A stretch of 37,683 bases of DNA from IMG/VR virus record IMGVR_UViG_3300014913_000004, positions 1-37,683 of that record. One strand, 5' to 3'. Below, in pieces: positions 14,172-22,633 of the stretch; the first letter of the stretch is position 1, and every line of letters starts with the position of its first letter. The position numbers and the translations under genes are program-made. This DNA is from a virus. The notes beneath the pieces are model-generated. The model had not been told where the DNA came from, did not search any database, and was given only the letters and a program-made list of their open reading frames with translations.

Positions 14172-14195
14172 GGGGAGTGAAAGCCTCCCCATTTT
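14172..14195 (+). terminator. Rho-independent terminator (GGGGAG-tgaaagc-CTCCCC-ATTTT)
   Basis: Perfect 6-bp GC stem with a 7-nt loop, followed by ATTTT. Confidence 0.6.
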
Positions 14196-14198
14196 CAC

Positions 14199-14297
14199 AT
14201 GAAGAAATTTTTTCAAAAACTTTTTAAGGCAATCCTTCTCATAGGATTTATTCTCTTCCTTTATTGGCTGAGCGAAAATTTAACACGAGCATACTAA
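14199..14297 (+). CDS. 32-aa single-TM micro-protein
   Basis: MKKFFQKLFKAILLIGFILFLYWLSENLTRAY. Its stop overlaps the next start (TAATG). Confidence 0.45.
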   Translation: MKKFFQKLFKAILLIGFILFLYWLSENLTRAY

Positions 14298-14401
14298 TGG
14301 AGACAGATTTACCAGTATCAGATATTGTAGGGGCTTTGCATGACATTAAAAGCATTCTTTGGTGGATTGCTCTTTGGTGTTTTTTAAATCTTTTTACATG
14401 A
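14297..14401 (+). CDS. 34-aa single-TM micro-protein
   Basis: METDLPVSDIVGALHDIKSILWWIALWCFLNLFT. ATGA overlap with the next ORF. Confidence 0.45.
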   Translation: METDLPVSDIVGALHDIKSILWWIALWCFLNLFT

Positions 14402-14520
14402 ACACATTAGTTTTCGTATTCGGAACAGGAATCGCTCTTGCGTTGTTGGTTGGCGGATTTGCCATGTTTGTATTATCAGCAGCAGACGCAGTTAATAAAT
14501 TGATAAAAAAATTTAAATGA
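14398..14520 (+). CDS. 40-aa single-TM micro-protein
   Basis: MNTLVFVFGTGIALALLVGGFAMFVLSAADAVNKLIKKFK. ATGA overlap with the deformylase gene. Confidence 0.5.
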   Translation: MNTLVFVFGTGIALALLVGGFAMFVLSAADAVNKLIKKFK

Positions 14521-14969
14521 AAGAAATTTTACTACCGCATCCAGAAAAGAAATCCAGAGAAGTAACCGAGAAGGATTTGAAAGTAGTTCTCTCAGACATG
14601 AAAGAGCTGCACAGGCTTTGTAGTGTTCCAATAGGAGGCTATCGTGGCGGTGAGGCAATAGCCCATGTTCAAATTGAGGGGAAAGATCCGCTTCGTTTTT
14701 ATGTTACGAAGAGAGGAAAGGTAATTATAAATCCAAAAATTGCGGGAACAAAACAGCCTTATATGCACAAAGAGGGCTGTATGAGCTTTCCAACGAAACC
14801 ACCAAAAGAGGTTTCACGGCATAACATGGTGGAAGTAGATTTCATTGAGGCAAGCATTGAGGATGAAAAAATTGACCTCGAAGATATTAAAACACGGAAT
14901 TTTTCAGGAATGGAGGCAGCAGTTGTTCAACACGAAATCGACCACTTTAACCTTAATCTGCTCTACTAA
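14517..14969 (+). CDS. def: Peptide deformylase, short phage-type form
   Basis: GEAIAHVQ (divergent motif I GxGxAAxQ), EGCMSFP (motif II EGCLS), VQHEIDHFN (motif III QHExDH). The protein ends 8 residues after motif III. Confidence 0.75.
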   Translation: MKEILLPHPEKKSREVTEKDLKVVLSDMKELHRLCSVPIGGYRGGEAIAHVQIEGKDPLRFYVTKRGKVIINPKIAGTKQPYMHKEGCMSFPTKPPKEVSRHNMVEVDFIEASIEDEKIDLEDIKTRNFSGMEAAVVQHEIDHFNLNLLY

Positions 14970-15229
14970 TGCTTATGAAAAAATCCGTTTTCAATTCCAC
15001 TAATGGAAAAAGCAACAGCCAGAAAATACATGAAGAGCTTGATTTGCTGGCGACAGAGCTTATTGGGAAAAATTGGAAGCAGGGGCTTTGGAAAATGGCA
15101 GCGATGGGGTTTGGTGTAAAAGTAAAGAAGCAACTTATTCGTGCGTTAAAAAGAAAAAACCCGAAAACAATAAAAACATGGAAAGATGCGTGTACAGAGG
15201 CAACAACACTTAAAAAAGATGAAAAATGA
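14969..15229 (+). CDS. 86-aa basic hypothetical protein
   Basis: TAATG overlap with def. Confidence 0.55.
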   Translation: MLMKKSVFNSTNGKSNSQKIHEELDLLATELIGKNWKQGLWKMAAMGFGVKVKKQLIRALKRKNPKTIKTWKDACTEATTLKKDEK

Positions 15230-16020
15230 TGCAAACATCTATGGAAGTTGGAAAACAAAAACAAGCGACAAAATACACAGCACTTGATATTAAAAAATTA
15301 CTAAGGCAAAGATATTCTGAACCTGAATTTGCATTTTTTACAGAGGTTGGAAATGCGACGGGAATAAAACAAAGCAGGTACATAGACGCTATTTCATATT
15401 CTTTATATCCCAGTGCTGGTCACTTAATAGAGGGGTACGAGATAAAAGTAAGTCGCTCTGATTTTTTGCACGAAATGGACAATCCACAAAAGGGTATTGA
15501 ATCAATGGAATTTTGCGATAGATATTGGGTTGTAGCTCCAAAGGGGGTTGTTGTAAAAGAAGAGCTACCACCAGAATGGGGGTACATTGAGGTTTCTGAC
15601 GCAGGGAAAATGATACGAAGAAAGCAGGCTCATAGGCTTTCTCCAAAAACACTAGATAAGTCGTTTATCGCAGCATTGCTTCGGAGGGCTACGGAGGGAA
15701 CTATCCCAAAAGACCAAGTAAAAGAGATGAGGAAAGAAATATACGAACAAGCAGAGGCAGAAATGAAAAGGAGAAATATGGCGAAATTTGGATCTTTCGA
15801 GGAGCTTAAACAGAAAGTCGAAGATTTTGAAAGTGCGTCTGGTGTAGAAATAGCAAGGGGGTGGAAGGCGGGAAAAGAGGCGGGAGTTGTTGTAAAAATG
15901 ATTTTAGAGAACAAAATTCCTGATTACCAAATATCAAACATGATTGAAAATTTGCATTCATTGGAAAAAGGAATAAGGGCTGTTCAGAAAATGCAAAACA
16001 CTCTTTACAAATCACAATAA
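15226..16020 (+). CDS. MmcB-like PD-(D/E)xK nuclease-fold protein
   Basis: YIDAISYSLYP...GYEIKVSRSDFLHE...CDRYWVVAP resembles the D...EIK(V/I)SR.DF core of the MmcB family (from memory). Confidence 0.45.
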   Translation: MMQTSMEVGKQKQATKYTALDIKKLLRQRYSEPEFAFFTEVGNATGIKQSRYIDAISYSLYPSAGHLIEGYEIKVSRSDFLHEMDNPQKGIESMEFCDRYWVVAPKGVVVKEELPPEWGYIEVSDAGKMIRRKQAHRLSPKTLDKSFIAALLRRATEGTIPKDQVKEMRKEIYEQAEAEMKRRNMAKFGSFEELKQKVEDFESASGVEIARGWKAGKEAGVVVKMILENKIPDYQISNMIENLHSLEKGIRAVQKMQNTLYKSQ

Positions 16021-16038
16021 ATAACCTAAAATCCACGC

Positions 16039-16401
16039 ATGGCTAAACACTTTATCGAACTCGAAAGTCAGGAGTGGCTTAATGTCCGTTGTATTTGCAA
16101 AATCGGAAAACTCGTAGGGGTGAAAGTTGAACTAGACCTCGACAATGGAAAGCGGATAGATGTAACAGAAGAGGACGCAGAGAAGATAAAGACCGTATTG
16201 AGAAAGGAACGCAGTTTTATAAACTTTGGAGTAGTGGCTCTCATATTTTTGGCTGGATTCGGATTATTCACATACAGCACAAAACCCCAACCAGATAAAA
16301 TCACTGTTGTGATAGAAGAGACACAGGAGGTGAACAAAAATCTTGTTCACGAAGTAAGACGGTGTATCGCTCAGGACGATACCGAGGAAGTAGAAGAATA
16401 A
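16039..16401 (+). CDS. 120-aa protein with one internal TM helix
   Basis: FINFGVVALIFLAGFGLFTY hydrophobic segment. Confidence 0.55.
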   Translation: MAKHFIELESQEWLNVRCICKIGKLVGVKVELDLDNGKRIDVTEEDAEKIKTVLRKERSFINFGVVALIFLAGFGLFTYSTKPQPDKITVVIEETQEVNKNLVHEVRRCIAQDDTEEVEE

Positions 16402-16410
16402 TTTTTAGCC

Positions 16411-16677
16411 ATGACACACAAAAAAATCGTTTGCAAGGTCTGCGGAGACATTATTATTCAATGCAGATGTATGGACTGCAATAAAACAGTTTCCTACGAA
16501 GTGTGCAAGAGGTGTCAAAAAACAAACCATGTGTCTCAGTCGGGACAAGTGGATTTGGAAAAACAAAGAGACTCATTCAGAGAGTTCTTTTACCCTGATG
16601 TTAAAAAGGGGTCTGTCGGAGACCTTGTCTTCGTTGAGAGCCGTTGGGAGGGATTTTGTAAAAATTTCGTATCATAA
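16411..16677 (+). CDS. 88-aa zinc-ribbon protein
   Basis: CKVCGD...CRCMDC...CKRC cysteine pairs. Confidence 0.55.
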   Translation: MTHKKIVCKVCGDIIIQCRCMDCNKTVSYEVCKRCQKTNHVSQSGQVDLEKQRDSFREFFYPDVKKGSVGDLVFVESRWEGFCKNFVS

Positions 16678-16853
16678 GTTGGTGTAATCAATGTAATAGA
16701 AGATATATTCAAAAACAGGTCTTACCCTGCGGAAAATCACGAGCAAGGAGAGAAGGTTTTAAGAGTTGAACAGGTAACGGAAGAATTGAATGAAAGATTG
16801 ATGAATCCAAAATTTTCGGAGAAATCCGAAGAAGAAAAAATAAATAAGTAGTA

Positions 16854-17024
16854 ATGAAAAAAACCGTATCAGAGTCAGATAACAAAACAGGAGATATTTA
16901 TAATAACAATGTGGTAAGCGATTGTTGCAAGGCAGAGCTGATTGTTGAAGAGTCAGGAGTAAGCCAGATGTCGTTCAGTCTCACGGCACAATGCTCAAAG
17001 TGTAAAGAAATGATTAAGTGGTAA
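16854..17024 (+). CDS. 56-aa zinc-ribbon-like protein
   Basis: MKKTVSESDNKTGDIYNNNVVSDCCKAELIVEESGVSQMSFSLTAQCSKCKEMIKW (CC...CxxC). Below the track cutoff. Confidence 0.4.
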   Translation: MKKTVSESDNKTGDIYNNNVVSDCCKAELIVEESGVSQMSFSLTAQCSKCKEMIKW

Positions 17025-17115
17025 GAAATCCTTAAAGGGATAAATTTTTCAAGAATTTCGGAAAGTAAAAAATACATAAGGGATATATAAAAAAACAGTA
17101 TAAGGAATTTTATCT

Positions 17116-17144
17116 TTGACTTTTAAAGTTTTGTGGCTTAACAT
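17116..17144 (+). promoter_or_regulatory. Sigma70-like promoter (TTGACT, 17 nt, TAACAT) ahead of the packaging genes
   Basis: TTGACT 17116-17121 and TAACAT 17139-17144, 24 nt upstream of ATG 17168. Confidence 0.45.
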
Positions 17145-17167
17145 CGGGCTACCTTGCCTTACACCAA

Positions 17168-17692
17168 ATGCCAGACACTAAGAAAACGGCTTCAGAAAAG
17201 AAAGGAACTAAAACACTTTCACCCCCCCAAAAAAAACCAAAAAAAGAGAAAAAGAAAATGGGGCGACCTAAAGGCTCGAAGAGTCAGGCAACTTTAAGTA
17301 GAGAGGAAATTGGTAAAGCGATTAAACTCAGAATTGCGGGAATGGCTGATATGCTTATCGAGAAACAATTATCTCTTGCCAAGGGGATTCAATATTTAAT
17401 GGTAACTGAAAAACATGTCGGACCGAGAGGAGGGGATCTTGGAACAACTACGAGGGTTGAAAAAAGCCCACAAATAATAAAAGATTATTTTGACGGAAAG
17501 ATTATTGATACTGAATTTAGAAAGTTTCATTTCATTACAACAGAGAAGCCTGACGGCAGGTCTTGTGATAGTTTGCTTGACCGTGCATTTGGTAAAGCCA
17601 CACAGGCAGTTGAAATTGACGGTGGGCTTAATATCAATGTTTCTCCTGAGTTGAAGAAGAAGGCGAATGCACTTTTAGACAAAATATTATGA
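17168..17692 (+). CDS. Putative terminase small subunit / DNA-binding packaging protein
   Basis: Lys-rich N-terminus with GRPKGSK (AT-hook-like). Called mainly from its position upstream of terL. Confidence 0.4.
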   Translation: MPDTKKTASEKKGTKTLSPPQKKPKKEKKKMGRPKGSKSQATLSREEIGKAIKLRIAGMADMLIEKQLSLAKGIQYLMVTEKHVGPRGGDLGTTTRVEKSPQIIKDYFDGKIIDTEFRKFHFITTEKPDGRSCDSLLDRAFGKATQAVEIDGGLNINVSPELKKKANALLDKIL

Positions 17693-17874
17693 ATATAGAT
17701 TCAAAAAACGCACTCAAGGTTTGTAATTTTGACGGAGGAGTTCATTACATTATTGGTGAACAGAAGGGAATAAGCGATAAGCACACTTCGGTTTTTATAA
17801 CGAAAGGATTTACGAACATATCAAAGGAAACATTTTTAAAGCACAATCCAAAATTCAATGACCAATCAAAATAA
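17689..17874 (+). CDS. 61-aa hypothetical protein
   Basis: ATGA overlap with the upstream gene. Confidence 0.5.
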   Translation: MNIDSKNALKVCNFDGGVHYIIGEQKGISDKHTSVFITKGFTNISKETFLKHNPKFNDQSK

Positions 17875-18004
17875 TGTTATCGTTGAGATAGATAATTCTG
17901 AAAAACAATTCAGTAGGTATTATGGAAAAAGAATTGGAGCATTTGGAATCGCATTCACGGAGTTGTTCGGGAGAATTGAGGAACAAATAAAATCAAGATC
18001 ATGA
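17858..18004 (+). CDS. 48-aa hypothetical protein, translationally coupled to terL
   Basis: MTNQNNVIVEIDNSEKQFSRYYGKRIGAFGIAFTELFGRIEEQIKSRS. Its stop overlaps the terL ATG (ATGA). Confidence 0.4.
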   Translation: MTNQNNVIVEIDNSEKQFSRYYGKRIGAFGIAFTELFGRIEEQIKSRS

Positions 18005-19539
18005 CCGATAAAGATAAGGCTGAAATTAAGAGAATACTTTTCGATGGACAGCCTGCTGAAAAGCTTGCTCTTTTTGGGTTCAAAAAAAAAGACGGTGTTG
18101 AACGCATTTACAAGAAATTCCAGCTCTTCTCAACAAATTACCCTCGTTACTTCGAGCACAACCCAGCACCTTTTCACGAGAAAATGCTCAAAGGGTACAT
18201 TCGAGCGTACATTGGTGGTAGGAACTTTTTGAACATTGCTTTTCGAGGCTCTGCAAAAACAACGCTCCTGAAGCTCCTGTTTGTGTTTTTTCTGTTGAAT
18301 GACGAGGAACACAGCCGAAAATATTTTAAAGTGCTTACAAAGGATTTGAAGAACAGTAAGCAGGTGGTAACCGATATTTACAATTTAATTGTTGAGGTGA
18401 GCTTCATTTATGGCGATTCTTTTAAGGGGGATGGGAAAACAAAGAGAGAAGAAACCATGTCGGCTTTCGTTATTGGGAGCAAGGGAATTACGAGGTACGA
18501 CGAAGAAACCGAAGAGGAGCTTGATCCTGCCGTTCTTGGTGACGGTATTAAGCTTATGGCGGGAACGATTGGGCAAACACAGCGAGGGCATGTTCAAGAC
18601 GCATACCGTCCAGATTTTATTTGGTTCGATGATGTTGAGGACAGAGAGTCGGCTGATTCAACGGTAATTACAGAGAAAATTATTAGCCGAATGGATGAGG
18701 CGATCCAAGGGCTTTCCGTGGACGGAAGCTATATTTGCACGGCGAATTACATTACGGACATTGGGGTAATTCAGAACATGATTTCAAAGGATGTTGATGT
18801 AATGATTACTCCGCTGCTCGATGAGAACGGTGTACCAACTTGGGATTATTTCACGGAGGAAAAATGTACAAAGATTCGGCTGGACGCAGAAGATTGGTAC
18901 GGTGAATACATGTGCGACCCTGTTACTGGGGCAAATCGTGAGTTCAAAAAAGAATACTTCCACCCGATAAAGCTGGCTCGTGTAATGGAGAAGAATACGA
19001 GGGCATTTCTCACTATTGATTCTGCGGTTAAAAAAGATGAGGGGGCTGATTATTCAGGGTTCACTCTGAACTTTGTCTGTACTGAGAACAAATGGCACTT
19101 CAAGTCGTGGAGAGAAAAATTGAACACAGGGGAGTTGATTGAAAAGATTTTTGAGCTATGGGGTTTTTGGAAACCAAAAGGGCTTGAGGCAATCGGGCTT
19201 GAGGAAACAATGGCAGTTGTTGCAATTATGCCATTTCTCGAAGAGGAGATGAGAAAGAGGAATGTGTACATAAAAATTGTTCTACTTAAACATGGTGGAA
19301 CGAAAAAAGAAACACGGATTCGTGGACTTATTCCGAGATATACTTCTGGCTCAATTTACCACATTGAGGAAGAATGTAAGGATTTGGAAGGGGAATTGCT
19401 ACGCTTCCCAAGCAGCAAGAACGACGACACAAGCGATTCAGCAGCATATCAAGAGCAGATTGCAAAGAAGCCATACGAAACAGCGGAAACAAATATTGCT
19501 CAGAAAACCAACTTTCAAAGGTTCGGGGTTGATTTATAA
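18001..19539 (+). CDS. terL: Terminase large subunit
   Basis: Walker A AFRGSAKTT, Walker B PDFIWFDDVED. C-terminal nuclease-type acidic motifs LTIDSAV and SSKNDDTSDSAAY. Confidence 0.9.
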   Translation: MTDKDKAEIKRILFDGQPAEKLALFGFKKKDGVERIYKKFQLFSTNYPRYFEHNPAPFHEKMLKGYIRAYIGGRNFLNIAFRGSAKTTLLKLLFVFFLLNDEEHSRKYFKVLTKDLKNSKQVVTDIYNLIVEVSFIYGDSFKGDGKTKREETMSAFVIGSKGITRYDEETEEELDPAVLGDGIKLMAGTIGQTQRGHVQDAYRPDFIWFDDVEDRESADSTVITEKIISRMDEAIQGLSVDGSYICTANYITDIGVIQNMISKDVDVMITPLLDENGVPTWDYFTEEKCTKIRLDAEDWYGEYMCDPVTGANREFKKEYFHPIKLARVMEKNTRAFLTIDSAVKKDEGADYSGFTLNFVCTENKWHFKSWREKLNTGELIEKIFELWGFWKPKGLEAIGLEETMAVVAIMPFLEEEMRKRNVYIKIVLLKHGGTKKETRIRGLIPRYTSGSIYHIEEECKDLEGELLRFPSSKNDDTSDSAAYQEQIAKKPYETAETNIAQKTNFQRFGVDL

Positions 19540-19542
19540 AAA

Positions 19543-19571
19543 TTGACACAAAAATATAGGGGGTGTATTCT
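19543..19571 (+). promoter_or_regulatory. Sigma70-like promoter (TTGACA, 17 nt, TATTCT)
   Basis: Consensus -35. The GGGTGTATTCT block is identical to that at 4081-4091. Confidence 0.5.
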
Positions 19572-19606
19572 CTTTATGGAATATTTTTTTTTAATCCCCT
19601 ATTCCC

Positions 19607-20230
19607 ATGAGTGATTTAATACAATTACAATCGGAGTACAAGGAATTGTACAAAGCGGACGCACCCAATCGCTACAAGAGCGATCCTGTTTGGTTAAGAG
19701 CCAAGATTGATTTAGCCCTTGAAAAAGGTGCTGAAGCAGTTATTAGTGGCGGTGCAAAAGAAGAAACTACGACGGCAGAAACTCCTGTAAGCGAAGGAGA
19801 AGAAACAAAGCCAGTAGAAGAAGGAGCTGGAGCAGAATTGCCAACACCAGCAGCCCCAGCAACAGAAGAATCTGTTGAGGAGGCGAAAGCTGACGACGCA
19901 GTTGAAGAAAAACCAGCCGAAGAAGAAGCTACAAATACGACACCAGCAGCTACGGAAGCTCCTGCTGAGGAAGTAAAAGAAGAAGTAGCCCCAACTGTTA
20001 CCGAAGCACCCGAAGTAAAAGAAGAGGTGAAGGAAGAAGTTGTGGAAGAAGAAAAAGAGCCAGTTGTTACACCAGTAAAGAAGGCTGATGTTCCTGAGGT
20101 TGTTGTCGGTGTTGCCGATAAATACAAGGCTCAAAAACTTGAAGGAAAATTTTACACTGGTGACGGAGAAGGAGGAAACTGGAAAATTGTAATTGAAGAC
20201 GGAAAAGTATCTTTTAACAAAATAACATAA
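19607..20230 (+). CDS. 207-aa highly acidic Glu/Pro/Ala/Val-rich protein
   Basis: Structured N-terminus (about 45 aa) and C-terminus (about 45 aa) flank a low-complexity region of about 110 aa (EETKPVEEGAGAE...EVKEEVKEEVVEEEKEP). Confidence 0.65.
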   Translation: MSDLIQLQSEYKELYKADAPNRYKSDPVWLRAKIDLALEKGAEAVISGGAKEETTTAETPVSEGEETKPVEEGAGAELPTPAAPATEESVEEAKADDAVEEKPAEEEATNTTPAATEAPAEEVKEEVAPTVTEAPEVKEEVKEEVVEEEKEPVVTPVKKADVPEVVVGVADKYKAQKLEGKFYTGDGEGGNWKIVIEDGKVSFNKIT

Positions 20231-20556
20231 TGGGAGATGGAACACCGAAACCAGAAGCTACACAAGCACCAGTAAAGGCAATTAAACCAACTGGTCTTAA
20301 ACATGTGTTTTTCGATTCAAAAACAAAGATAAACAAGCTCGATGTTTTGAAAGAGTTGAAAGACGGAACTTTCGTTTGCTACGATCCAGCGACGGATGAA
20401 GTAACCCCTTACGCACGAAGCGTATTTCAGTACGAGAAAGGCGGATTTTGGGGAACAGAAAAAGAAGCAGCAGCAAGTGCTGTTAAGAGGCTGACTGAGT
20501 ATATTGCAGCCCTTGAAGGAGAAATAGAATTTTTCACAAAAATAACTCAAAAATAA
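20230..20556 (+). CDS. 108-aa hypothetical protein
   Basis: TAATG overlap upstream. Abuts the portal gene. Confidence 0.6.
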   Translation: MGDGTPKPEATQAPVKAIKPTGLKHVFFDSKTKINKLDVLKELKDGTFVCYDPATDEVTPYARSVFQYEKGGFWGTEKEAAASAVKRLTEYIAALEGEIEFFTKITQK

Positions 20557-22248
20557 ATGGTGCTTGAACCAACTGGGAGCGGTTCGCAGACGACTGACCT
20601 AGAGGTTGTATCTCACATTCGAGAGAGATACCAGCAGAAAAACGACGAATTTGACCGACGAAGGCTCGTTCGGGAATGGTTGTCGAAATACATGCAAAAA
20701 CTTCTTGGCTCTGAAACCGATTCGGAGATATTCAGTCCTTCTCAAGTATTCACATCGAACCTCATGCGGAGAGGGTATGAATATGTTGACACTGCAAAAC
20801 TGTTCCCAGATAGCATCGACTTTGACCCAATACAGCCAGATTCTCCTTTGAAGGAGCACGATATAGCGGACAATTACGCTTCGCTTGTTCAGTATTCAAA
20901 TGTTGTTGGTGGGCGGGATAAAATGGTAAGGGACTCAAAGAGAGACCTTGCCTTTGGTGAGTGTTGGATTACGCAAGAGTATCAGAAGAAGGGTTCTCGT
21001 GTTATAAAAATCAAGCAGAAAGCTATTAAGTGGGAGAATGTGCGAGGTTTCTATGGAGAAACGGATCTTATAACTATTGAGAATCTTACTGTTGGGGCTT
21101 TTGTAGAGGAGTACGGAGAGGAAATGCTCAAGAAAGTACAATACGGCTTTCCTATTCAGGTGAACGATGATTACGAAGAAACATCTATTGACGAAAAAGT
21201 AATACTCATTGATAAATCAAAGAGAATTGGTGTTGTTAAATTTTGGGATTACGCTCTCAAGCGACACAATGTTCTTTTGGGAGGAGGTGCTTACATGCCT
21301 CCTGAAATGCAGCAAGACGGAGACGATTATTTCTGGGTAGATGATGACGGAGATGGGTATTGCCCAGTTCGCCGTCGTGTGTACAAAGAAGCCTCACGAG
21401 GTTACCACGGTTACGGTGTAATTGACCTGCTTTACCCATTGGCATATCTCGAAACGGTAATTGTGAACGCATCTTCTCACGCTGCCGTTCTCGCTTCAGA
21501 TCCGCTACTCATATTCTACGCAGACGATATTGAGGAAATGAAGAACAAATGGGAGCAATACCTCGCAACGAAAACGGTGGGAAGCCAAAGCCCATTCCAT
21601 GTTAAGCAAGACCGAACAAACCCGATTAAGCTGGAGCAACTGGCATTTGACCCGAAAATAAACATCTTTGAGGTATGGCGAGAGTTCGTTATAAATGAGG
21701 GAACAATGCGAACAGGAATTGATTTCAAAATTCTCATTGATTACGCACCAACGGACGGGCAACAGAAGTCACGAAAATACGAAACAGATAAAACAAACCG
21801 ATTCGTGTTGGCTGCAAATGCTGTTGTTGACAGGGATTTTGCCATGGACACAATTTACATGCTGAAGAATGGAGACAGTGAGTTCCACGACAAAACGCTT
21901 TATGTGAAGGTTGGAGATTACTTTTATTCAAAAATGACAGAGGGGGAGCAGCAGAAAATGAAGGACAAGAATGGTCAATATTTCCCAGTACCAACTCCTA
22001 TTAGAGAGTTTTTAAAAGAGAATAAAGATACAGAGTTCTCAATTACTGCTCGGCTCGACGGAATTCTCGACGACCAAACATTCTTTGAAATGCAGGACGC
22101 TCGAAATGATATTGGATTGTTGCCACAAGGTTCTGAAGCCTCTACGAAGCTTTCTGAGTTCTATTTTGGAAAGAAATATGGAAGCGTTAAATTTAACCGT
22201 GAAGATTTTGGAATTCCACAGCCAGAAGGTGAATTACCCCCAGTATAA
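20557..22248 (+). CDS. Portal protein (called by size and position)
   Basis: 563 aa, between terL and scaffold/capsid. No motif confirmed by eye. Confidence 0.6.
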   Translation: MVLEPTGSGSQTTDLEVVSHIRERYQQKNDEFDRRRLVREWLSKYMQKLLGSETDSEIFSPSQVFTSNLMRRGYEYVDTAKLFPDSIDFDPIQPDSPLKEHDIADNYASLVQYSNVVGGRDKMVRDSKRDLAFGECWITQEYQKKGSRVIKIKQKAIKWENVRGFYGETDLITIENLTVGAFVEEYGEEMLKKVQYGFPIQVNDDYEETSIDEKVILIDKSKRIGVVKFWDYALKRHNVLLGGGAYMPPEMQQDGDDYFWVDDDGDGYCPVRRRVYKEASRGYHGYGVIDLLYPLAYLETVIVNASSHAAVLASDPLLIFYADDIEEMKNKWEQYLATKTVGSQSPFHVKQDRTNPIKLEQLAFDPKINIFEVWREFVINEGTMRTGIDFKILIDYAPTDGQQKSRKYETDKTNRFVLAANAVVDRDFAMDTIYMLKNGDSEFHDKTLYVKVGDYFYSKMTEGEQQKMKDKNGQYFPVPTPIREFLKENKDTEFSITARLDGILDDQTFFEMQDARNDIGLLPQGSEASTKLSEFYFGKKYGSVKFNREDFGIPQPEGELPPV

Positions 22249-22562
22249 TGTCAGAAGAAATAACATTTAAATCGTTCAAACTCCACACAGGAATTATCAA
22301 TGCAATGGTTGACTCGAAGCTTGATCCTGAAGAGTTTTTTGCTTTCATGCAGAAATACGCTCCATTTATTGAGTTGGGAATTACAGTAAAGAAGTTGGAC
22401 GCAGTTGGAAGTGTTGAATTTGACAAGGCAAACCCAAGCCAATTACTTTCCGCTGGAGCAAATTGTTTTGGCTCACTTTTGGAAGATTTTAATAAGGAGT
22501 GGGAAAAAAGAGTTATGGAAAAAAAGGTGGAAAAGAAACCAGCCAGAAGGCAGCGAAAATAA
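22248..22562 (+). CDS. 104-aa hypothetical protein
   Basis: TAATG overlap with the portal gene. Confidence 0.55.
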   Translation: MSEEITFKSFKLHTGIINAMVDSKLDPEEFFAFMQKYAPFIELGITVKKLDAVGSVEFDKANPSQLLSAGANCFGSLLEDFNKEWEKRVMEKKVEKKPARRQRK

Positions 22563-22570
22563 AAAAATGT

Positions 22571-22599
22571 TTGCAATAATTTAAAAGGTGGTTCAGAAT
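22571..22599 (+). promoter_or_regulatory. Weak sigma70-like promoter (TTGCAA, 17 nt, CAGAAT)
   Basis: A-tract then TTGCAA. If it is used, the scaffold gene must start at ATG 22634 rather than 22598. Confidence 0.3.
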
Positions 22600-22633
22600 G
22601 GAATCGTTCTTTATAATTCATAATTTTTTCACC

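Noticed and set aside
19672-20245. Antisense ORFs of 151 and 177 aa
   Set aside because: They are a by-product of GAA/GCT-rich low-complexity coding DNA on the plus strand, and give Ser/Phe-rich nonsense products.
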